Assembly: GCA_902510055.1 (NCBI GenBank)
Contig: CABWZY010000004.1
Location: forward strand, 16,365-80,364
DNA: 64,000 bases
Direction of reading: 5' to 3'
Source of the DNA: an uncultured Candidatus Actinomarina sp.
GTDB taxonomy: Bacteria > Actinomycetota > Acidimicrobiia > Actinomarinales > Actinomarinaceae
The notes under the pieces were generated by a model. That model was given only the letters and a program-made list of their open reading frames with translations. It did no database searches and was not told the DNA's origin. Positions 57,798-64,000 of this stretch are shown here, one piece after another; positions within the stretch are counted from its first letter, which is position 1, and every line of letters begins with the position of its first letter. The position numbers were made by a program, and so were the translations under genes.

Positions 57798-58234
57798 TGT
57801 TAGAAAAATTTCTTATTTCAATAGGTTTAAAACAGCCCAGTTCTGTTGAACAATATATAGATGAATCGACTACAACCGTAAGGCCATCATCAGAGAATAG
57901 ATTTGCTAATGAGGAATATGCCGGAGATTTAAGAATACACGAACCTAAAGATGAAGTAGAAATTAAAGTTTTAAAAAATTTTTCTGAAATACATAGTCTT
58001 GGAGATTCAATAAAAGATGAATTTATAGTTGCTATGGACATTAGAGACATAGAAGACCAAACAGAAAGAAGAAGAATATTGGATTTTGTTACCGGCATGG
58101 CTTTTATTACTAATGCAAAATTAAGATCAATTAATAAAGATGGTGTTTTCTTAATTTTACCATCTAATTCATCTCTTCCTTCAGAGGAAAGAGAAAGGCT
58201 TCAAGATTTAGGTCTCTATAAAATAAATGTGTAG
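57797..58234 (+). CDS. sepF: Cell-division protein SepF
   Basis: 145 aa. The C-terminal domain has ...RRILDFVTGMAFITNAKLRSINKDGVFLILP, matching the SepF FtsZ-binding fold. TAATG coupling to yggS. Confidence 0.8.
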   Translation: MLEKFLISIGLKQPSSVEQYIDESTTTVRPSSENRFANEEYAGDLRIHEPKDEVEIKVLKNFSEIHSLGDSIKDEFIVAMDIRDIEDQTERRRILDFVTGMAFITNAKLRSINKDGVFLILPSNSSLPSEERERLQDLGLYKINV

Positions 58235-58493
58235 TTTACTTGCCCTTACTTATAAAATATTTAGTTACTCTTTATTTTTATGGATTATTTTATCTTGGGT
58301 ACAGGTACCTCAAGAACATCCAATTGGTCAAATTAAGAGTATTTTAGATCAATTCTATTCACGAATTTTAGCACCGATAAGGTCAGCAATTCCTACGGTA
58401 AGAATAGGTATAGCAGGTCTAGATTTATCTCCAATAGTTCTCATTTTGGGTGTTAATTTTATATATCCAAGAATTATGAATTTTATTTGCTAG
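58227..58493 (+). CDS. yggT: YggT-family membrane protein
   Basis: 88 aa, 2 TM, with the LDLSPIV motif. It follows sepF, the conserved position. Confidence 0.75.
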   Translation: MCSLLALTYKIFSYSLFLWIILSWVQVPQEHPIGQIKSILDQFYSRILAPIRSAIPTVRIGIAGLDLSPIVLILGVNFIYPRIMNFIC

Positions 58494-61400
58494 ATTTGTT
58501 TTATTTCAATATCTACAAAAAGATCTAAAAATTTACTTGATCCTTTAATATTTGTTATTAAAAAATCAGTAGTTAGTGTTTCATTTAAAATATAACCTTT
58601 GAATTTTTCAACTGAAGAGATTACAAGATCTTCTTGTGTTGAAATATTTAGTGAGATCCTATCGGTAATATCAAATCCCATATCTTTTCTTTGTTTTTGG
58701 ATTATAGATACAAGCTCTCTAGAAATTCTTTCCAATTTTAATTCTTCATCTAATTCAGTATCTAAAAATACAGAGAAATCATTTATTATTTCTTGATTTA
58801 CCTTCTCCTCAGTTTTTATTAGCCTTATATCTATGTCTGCGATATCGATATTTTTACTATCGAATTCTATATATTTATTATTAATTAAATTTTCAATATC
58901 GTTTTGATTTAATTTAGACAAATAATTTGCAAATTCGCTTATCTTGTTACCTAACTTAGGACCTAAAGTAGGATAATTCGGCTTACATTCATAATTTACC
59001 CAATTTTCAAAATCACTATCAAATGACAATTCTTTAATATTTAATTCATTAAGGATGATGTCTTTTACGTTATTTATTTGTTCAACTTTAGTAGAATCTT
59101 TTGTAATTATTTTCAAATTTCGTAAAGGCTGTTTGTTAGGAAGTTCCACATTTAACCTAATGTTTCTAACTGATTTAATAATATTTTTAGCTAATTCCAT
59201 TTCTTTTTCTAAGTTTTTGTTTATTAATGCATCATTAGATTCCGGATAGTTTTCAAAATGAATACTGTTATCAGTAGTATTTGTTAAGCCTTGGTATATA
59301 TCTTCGCATATAAATGGCAATACAGGAGCCATAGTCTTAGAGAAATCAATTAATACTTCGTGCAGGGTTTTAAATGCGTTTATTTTGTCTGTATTATTGT
59401 TCCCCTTCTCTTTCCAGAATCTTTTTCTATTTGATCTAACATACCAATTTGTTAATTCATCAATAAAATTCATAAGTGGAGGAATTACTTCATAAAGATA
59501 GTAATTTTCCATCTTTTCATTGACTGTTTTAATAAGTGATTGAAGTGATGAAATAATCCATTGATCCATCAGGGGTCTTTCGCTGACTGGCGATGCTGAA
59601 TTAAGTTCTTCTAATGTGATTTCATCAGCATTTGCATAGTTAGAAAAGAATGAATAACTATTCCATAAAGGAAGAATCACGTTTCTTGTTACAAGTTTTA
59701 CACCTTCTTCTGAAAATTTTAAAGGTTCACCTCGTACCACAGGTGAATTTATTAAGTAAGCTCTTAAACTATCTCCTCCATAAGTATTTAATAAATCTTC
59801 AGGATCAGGATAGTTCTTTAAGCTTTTACTCATCTTTCTACCGTCTTCAGCGAGAATCATACCAGTAGTAATACAGTTTTTGAAAGCAACAGAGTCAAAT
59901 AAAGCAACTGAAAGAACTGTAAGAGTATAAAACCAGCCTCTTGTTTGGTCGAGTCCTTCTGCTATAAAATCAGCAGGGAAACCTTCATTAAATAATTCTT
60001 TATTTTCAAATGGATAATGTTGCTGTCCATAAGGCATTGAACCAGACTCAAACCAGCAATCTAAAACTTCAGGAGTTCGCTTGTATGTCTTCCCTTCTAT
60101 TTCTATTTCTACATCATCAAGAAAATGTTTGTGTAAATCGGTAATCTTTTCTCCACTTAATGTCTCTAGTTCCTCTATTGAACCAAGGCATATTAGATCT
60201 TCTGGGTCATTTATATTAATCCATACAGGTATACAGCTTCCCCAATACCTATTTCTACTTATTGCCCAATCTCTCGCATTTGCTAACCAGTTAGAAAAAC
60301 GCTTCTCTCCTATAAACCCAGGAACCCAATGAGTTTCATTATTAAGTTCCACCATTCTTTCTCTAATTTTTTCTACGCTAACAAACCATGTTGGTATTGC
60401 TTTATAAATCAATGGTTCACCAGTTCTCCAGCAAAATGGGTATGAATGAGTTTCTGTAGTTTGGCTAAATAATAATTTTCTATCATTTAATTGTTTTATG
60501 ATCGTTTTATCAGCATCTTTAACATACATATTTTCCAAACCTTTTACACTTGAATCAAATTTTCCAGAAAGTGTAACGGGGTCAACAATTACATCTATAC
60601 CACTATTTTTTAATGAGTAAAAATCACTTTCACCATAAGCAGGAGCTTGAGAAACTAGACCAGAACCAGATTCAGTATTCGTGTCATCGCTATGAATAAT
60701 TCTGAATGCACCATTTAAATATTCATTTTCAAATTCCTCATAAGCTGGAACATATTCTCCTCCAACTAAGTCAGAACCAATTGACTCATCAACAATTTCA
60801 TAGTTATGATCACTTAGTTCAAGCAATCTTTCAGTAGCTATCCAGTAGTGTTTTTTATTTAATAGAATCCTTGAGTATTTTATATTATTTCCAATAGCAA
60901 TTGCAAGATTTCCAGGAATACACCATGGAGTAGTTGTCCAAATAAGAAATTCATCGTCTTTTTCAATTTTATTATGATTTGATCTTGCTTTTAGAGTAAA
61001 GAAAATTGAAGGATCTTCTACATCCCTATAATCCATATTTGCTTCAAAATTAGAAAGAGGAGTAGCTGCAGCCCATGAGTATGGTAAAACTTTGTAATCT
61101 TTGTAAATTAATTCATTTTCCCATAGCTCTTTAAAAACCCACCATACACTTTCCATAAAATCAAGGTCCATAGTCTTGTAATCATTTTCAAAATCAACCC
61201 ATCTACCAATTTTTCTTGTTACTCTTTCCCAATTTTCAGTATTTGTTTGAACTTGAGATCGACATGCTTCATTAAATTTATCAACCCCATACTCGTCTAT
61301 TTGTTGTGGATCCTCAAGTCCCAATTCTTTTTGTACTTCCATCTCTATAGGTAATCCGTGAACATCCCAACCAAATCTTCTCTCTACATAAAATCCTCTC

Positions 61401-61621
61401 ATGGTCCAGTATCTTGGAACGATGTCTTTTATTACTCCTGCCAACAAATTGCCATAATGAGGACTACCAGTTGGAAATGGAGGTCCATCATAAAATCTAA
61501 ATATTTTCGCATCTTTTCTGTTTTCAACTGATTTATGAAATGCATTAATTTCATCCCAGAACTTAGCTGTTTTTTCTTCATTTTTTGCTAAATTAATATT
61601 GTTTTCAACTCTTTTGAACAT
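58490..61621 (-). CDS. ileS: Isoleucine--tRNA ligase (long, type 2 form)
   Basis: 1043 aa with PFPTGSPHYGNLL (HIGH), KMSKSLKN (KMSKS) and the CP1 editing insertion. Its size and C-terminus are of the eukaryote-like/actinobacterial type. Confidence 0.95.
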   Translation of the reverse strand: MFKRVENNINLAKNEEKTAKFWDEINAFHKSVENRKDAKIFRFYDGPPFPTGSPHYGNLLAGVIKDIVPRYWTMRGFYVERRFGWDVHGLPIEMEVQKELGLEDPQQIDEYGVDKFNEACRSQVQTNTENWERVTRKIGRWVDFENDYKTMDLDFMESVWWVFKELWENELIYKDYKVLPYSWAAATPLSNFEANMDYRDVEDPSIFFTLKARSNHNKIEKDDEFLIWTTTPWCIPGNLAIAIGNNIKYSRILLNKKHYWIATERLLELSDHNYEIVDESIGSDLVGGEYVPAYEEFENEYLNGAFRIIHSDDTNTESGSGLVSQAPAYGESDFYSLKNSGIDVIVDPVTLSGKFDSSVKGLENMYVKDADKTIIKQLNDRKLLFSQTTETHSYPFCWRTGEPLIYKAIPTWFVSVEKIRERMVELNNETHWVPGFIGEKRFSNWLANARDWAISRNRYWGSCIPVWININDPEDLICLGSIEELETLSGEKITDLHKHFLDDVEIEIEGKTYKRTPEVLDCWFESGSMPYGQQHYPFENKELFNEGFPADFIAEGLDQTRGWFYTLTVLSVALFDSVAFKNCITTGMILAEDGRKMSKSLKNYPDPEDLLNTYGGDSLRAYLINSPVVRGEPLKFSEEGVKLVTRNVILPLWNSYSFFSNYANADEITLEELNSASPVSERPLMDQWIISSLQSLIKTVNEKMENYYLYEVIPPLMNFIDELTNWYVRSNRKRFWKEKGNNNTDKINAFKTLHEVLIDFSKTMAPVLPFICEDIYQGLTNTTDNSIHFENYPESNDALINKNLEKEMELAKNIIKSVRNIRLNVELPNKQPLRNLKIITKDSTKVEQINNVKDIILNELNIKELSFDSDFENWVNYECKPNYPTLGPKLGNKISEFANYLSKLNQNDIENLINNKYIEFDSKNIDIADIDIRLIKTEEKVNQEIINDFSVFLDTELDEELKLERISRELVSIIQKQRKDMGFDITDRISLNISTQEDLVISSVEKFKGYILNETLTTDFLITNIKGSSKFLDLFVDIEIKQI

Positions 61622-61747
61622 ATCTTTAAGATTTTAAATACTTTATAAAGAAAAACACTGTTTTAATTAACAATTAAATTATTTTTTTAAACTATTTGTT
61701 TTAACAATAAATTTAGTAATATACATTAATTAATAAATAAAAAAATT

Positions 61748-62125
61748 ATGAGTAGAAAACTAGCACAAACAACAGTTAATAGGTTTAAAAAGAAACTCTT
61801 AGAAGAGCAGAAACAATTGCGCGATCTTCTTGAAAGGCACCAAGAAGAGAGAGAGAGAATTAGGTTATCTGAGGCATCTGCAGAAAGAAGCCCAGACCCA
61901 ACATCAGCAGATGGAGGTTCAATGGCTTTTGAGTTAGAAAAAGAGTTAACTTTAGATGAAAATACAAAACATTTATTAAACCAGATTGATCACGCACTAG
62001 TTTTAATTAAAAAGAAAAAGTACGGCAACTGTGAAAATTGTCAAAACCCAATACCTGTTGCCAGACTAGAAGCTTTACCTTATTCAACACAATGTAAAGA
62101 TTGCGCAGCATTAATTGACTCTTAA
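61748..62125 (+). CDS. TraR/DksA-family C4 zinc-finger protein
   Basis: 125 aa with a coiled-coil N-terminus and CENCQNPIPVARLEALPYSTQCKDC. It holds the same position (ileS - dksA-like - lspA) as in Streptomyces. Confidence 0.75.
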   Translation: MSRKLAQTTVNRFKKKLLEEQKQLRDLLERHQEERERIRLSEASAERSPDPTSADGGSMAFELEKELTLDENTKHLLNQIDHALVLIKKKKYGNCENCQNPIPVARLEALPYSTQCKDCAALIDS

Positions 62126-62573
62126 GAAGCTATATAAACCTGCATTACTTTCTTTACTCTTAGCTCTTATTGATAATTATATTAAATACTTTGTTAGATT
62201 GAACAACATCCAAGAAACTGTAGTTATTGAAAATATTTTAACAATAGATTTAACTTATAACACAGGGATTGCCTTTGGGCTTTTAAGTGATAAAACAAAC
62301 ATTACATATGTTCTATCTCTTATTGTTTTAATATGGTTAATTACTCAATTTAATAATGTAGAAAAAGATTCTTTGGAATTTTACTCCCTTATTTTGATTC
62401 TTGGTGGAGCTATTGGAAACCTGGGGGAGAGAGGGTATAACTTATTTAATCTAAATGATGGTAAGGTCACTGATTTTATAGAACTTTTATTTATACCTAG
62501 CTTTAATTTCGCCGATTCATATATAACGATTGGTATATGTTTGTTAATACTTTCGGAGTTAAAAAATAAATAA
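62115..62573 (+). CDS. lspA: Lipoprotein signal peptidase II
   Basis: 152 aa, 4 TM, with NTGIAFG and the catalytic-Asp contexts VTDFI and FNFADS. TTG start. Confidence 0.8.
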   Translation: MTLKKLYKPALLSLLLALIDNYIKYFVRLNNIQETVVIENILTIDLTYNTGIAFGLLSDKTNITYVLSLIVLIWLITQFNNVEKDSLEFYSLILILGGAIGNLGERGYNLFNLNDGKVTDFIELLFIPSFNFADSYITIGICLLILSELKNK

Positions 62574-62574
62574 T

Positions 62575-63234
62575 ATTGAAATAAAATTTCAAAATGAGAA
62601 CTTTATAGTTTTTAATAAACCTAATGGCTTATTAACACACCCAACTATAAAATCTAGAGAAAAGACCTTAAGAGATCATTTAATTAAAATTGAACCAAAA
62701 ATAGAAGAATGGGGAGAAGATAATAGAGAGGGAATAGTACATAGGTTAGATAGGGTAACCTCGGGTCTAATAGTTTGCCCGTTGAATAAAAAAACATTTA
62801 TTTCATTAAAGCAAAAATTTAAAGATAGAAAAATAAAAAAAGAATACTTAGCAATAATTGAAGGCCATCTGTCATCAGAAACTGGAAAAATAGAGTTACC
62901 TTTGAAAAGATCTTCAACAAATAGATCTAAAAGAGCTGTAGCTAAGAATGGGAAGTTATCTATTTCGGAATATGAGGTAATTAAAACAACGAATAAACAT
63001 TCACTTTTATTAGTTACTTTAATTACTGGCCGTAATCATCAAGTTAGAGTACAAATGGAATATTTAAATACTCCTGTAGTTAATGATACTCTGTATGGAG
63101 CAAAGACAAATAAGCTAACTACTTCTTCCCAAATATGTTTACATTCTCATAAATTAAGTTTTAATTTATTTGATGAAGATTTTAATTTTGAATGCTCACC
63201 ACCGGAATTTTTTAATAAAATTCTGGAAGTGTAA
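62575..63234 (+). CDS. RluA-family pseudouridine synthase (RluD-like, no S4 domain); start codon non-canonical or unresolved
   Basis: The frame is open from 62563. It encodes FIVFNKPNGLLTHP and the catalytic GIVHRLDRVTSGLIV motif, both upstream of the first canonical start (TTG 62782). The later GRNHQVRVQM motif is also present. I provisionally place the start at ATT 62575, 1 nt after the lspA stop. Confidence 0.65.
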   Translation: MEIKFQNENFIVFNKPNGLLTHPTIKSREKTLRDHLIKIEPKIEEWGEDNREGIVHRLDRVTSGLIVCPLNKKTFISLKQKFKDRKIKKEYLAIIEGHLSSETGKIELPLKRSSTNRSKRAVAKNGKLSISEYEVIKTTNKHSLLLVTLITGRNHQVRVQMEYLNTPVVNDTLYGAKTNKLTTSSQICLHSHKLSFNLFDEDFNFECSPPEFFNKILEV

Positions 63235-63263
63235 ATTAATTAAAAAACATTTACAATAAATCT

Positions 63264-64000
63264 ATGAGTAATTCATTTGTACATTTACATTCTCACACTG
63301 AATATTCAATGCTAGATGGTGCTGCAAAAATTGAAACTTATCTTGATAAAGTTAAAGAGCTTGAGCAACCTGCAGCAGCCATTACAGACCATGGAAATCT
63401 TTACGGTGCATTAGAATTTTACAACTCAGCAATAAAGAAAAAATTGATTCCAATAATTGGTTATGAGGCATATGTAATAAATAATTCCCGATTTGAAAGA
63501 CCAGATCGTGAAAACAATAAGAGATACCATTTAACACTATTGGCTGAAAATACAATTGGATACTGGAATCTAGTTAACTTGGCAAGCAGAGCATTTACTG
63601 AAGGATATTATTACAAACCAAGAGTTGACTATGAATTATTAAAAGAACATAGTGAAGGGATTATTGCTTTATCAGGATGTCTTGGTGGAGAAATAGCTCA
63701 ATTTTTAGCACCTGATGGGTCTTTTGAAGAAGGAAACAAAGAAGGGGAAAGAAGCTACTCTAAAGCTCTAGAAAAAGCCAAATTTTATCAATCAATATTT
63801 GGTGAAGAAAACTTTTTTATTGAACTTCATAATCATGGGATAGAACAACAAAAAATAATTTTACCTGATTTACTTAAAATATCAGAAGAATTAGGTGCTC
63901 CTCTAGTAGCCACTAATGATTCTCATTACGTTAATAAAGATGATGCCTCAGCTCATGATGCATTACTTTGTGTCCAAACTAATGCAACTTTAGATGATAA
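63264..64000 (+). CDS. dnaE: DNA polymerase III alpha subunit, N-terminal PHP domain (3' end outside window)
   Basis: ATG at 63264 and open to the window edge. FVHLHSHTEYSMLDGA, AITDHGNLYGA, HLTLLA and ATNDSHY are canonical DnaE PHP-domain motifs. Confidence 0.9.
   Translation, partial: MSNSFVHLHSHTEYSMLDGAAKIETYLDKVKELEQPAAAITDHGNLYGALEFYNSAIKKKLIPIIGYEAYVINNSRFERPDRENNKRYHLTLLAENTIGYWNLVNLASRAFTEGYYYKPRVDYELLKEHSEGIIALSGCLGGEIAQFLAPDGSFEEGNKEGERSYSKALEKAKFYQSIFGEENFFIELHNHGIEQQKIILPDLLKISEELGAPLVATNDSHYVNKDDASAHDALLCVQTNATLDD

Noticed and set aside
61622-61747. An expected T-box leader upstream of ileS. Actinobacterial ileS genes are often controlled by a translational T-box.
   Set aside because: The 126-nt ileS / dksA-like divergent spacer is almost pure A/T. 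It has no T-box consensus (no GGUGNNA/GGGTGGTACCGCG-like element), no specifier stem and no GC-containing helices on the minus strand.
62559-62573. The A-rich run (TTAAAAAATAAATAA) at the end of lspA considered as a programmed frameshift site fusing LspA to the pseudouridine synthase.
   Set aside because: Reaching the rluD frame requires a +1 shift within only four codons after an in-frame-1 stop at 62560-62562. There is no stimulatory structure, and a membrane peptidase-synthase fusion has no precedent I know of. Reinitiation at a non-canonical start is the simpler explanation.
1-64000. A window-wide look for tRNA/rRNA genes, CRISPR arrays, IS elements, integrases, prophage genes and toxin-antitoxin pairs.
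   Set aside because: I saw no T-loop/acceptor-like GC-rich segments outside rnpB, no spaced direct-repeat arrays, no transposase or integrase-like ORFs, and no terminal inverted repeats. A tRNAscan/Infernal/ISfinder run would be needed to be definitive.

Overview
This is a very AT-rich (roughly 30% G+C by eye), extremely compact bacterial chromosome segment. It holds about 75 protein genes, one RNase P RNA and almost no intergenic DNA. I recognised no tRNA, rRNA, CRISPR array, transposase, integrase or phage genes.

The gene order is characteristic of Actinobacteria:
- DUF3040, MerR, HNH, then mraZ-rsmH-ftsL-ftsI-murE-mraY-murD-ftsW-murG-murC-murB-ftsQ-ftsZ-pgeF-yggS-sepF-yggT
- convergent long-type ileS, then dksA/traR-like, lspA, rluD-like and dnaE
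- the Nif3 / COG1579 zinc-ribbon / RNase HI triad
- an MMPL transporter and an F420-type LLM oxidoreductase

The source is therefore probably a genome-streamlined low-GC actinobacterium (Acidimicrobiia / Actinomarinales-like). This is inference only.

Layout:
1. 1-12.8 kb: a Wzx/Wzy-type surface-glycan island. It has a PglC-like phosphoglycosyl transferase, three GT-B glycosyltransferases, a flippase, a polymerase-like protein, an AsnB-like amidotransferase, a heparinase II/III-like protein, and wecB plus wecC for UDP-ManNAcA.
2. 12.8-19.2 kb: a secreted M15 peptidase, MMPL, Nif3, the zinc-ribbon protein, rnhA and a membrane protein.
3. 34.6 down to 19.2 kb, minus strand: one almost gapless array. 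Its order is ilv leader peptide and attenuator, ilvBNC, leuAB, nitroreductase, trmH, dnaQ-like, ccmABC-EFH-(I)-G, rnpB, an LLM oxidoreductase and tauE.
4. 34.6-41 kb: queG, ilvD, a phosphoesterase, a ROK kinase and ltaE.
5. 41.9-58.5 kb: the dcw cluster.
6. 58.5-64 kb: ileS through dnaE.

Most noteworthy observations:
- A complete System I (Ccm) cytochrome c maturation operon sits in an actinobacterial context. It has no ccmD, and its CcmA lacks the Q-loop Gln and H-loop His.
- A textbook but unannotated I/L/V-rich leader peptide and terminator attenuator lies in front of ilvB.
- A phased AAAGTG[T/G] MraZ-box array overlaps a consensus promoter.
- A GC-rich 77-nt double stem-loop abuts the rsmH start codon.
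- An RluA-family synthase has no ATG/GTG/TTG start upstream of its catalytic motif.
- The dcw cluster lacks murF and divIVA.

I did not find a clear-cut novel multi-gene system such as a defence island. All functional calls rest on motif recognition by eye and need database confirmation.
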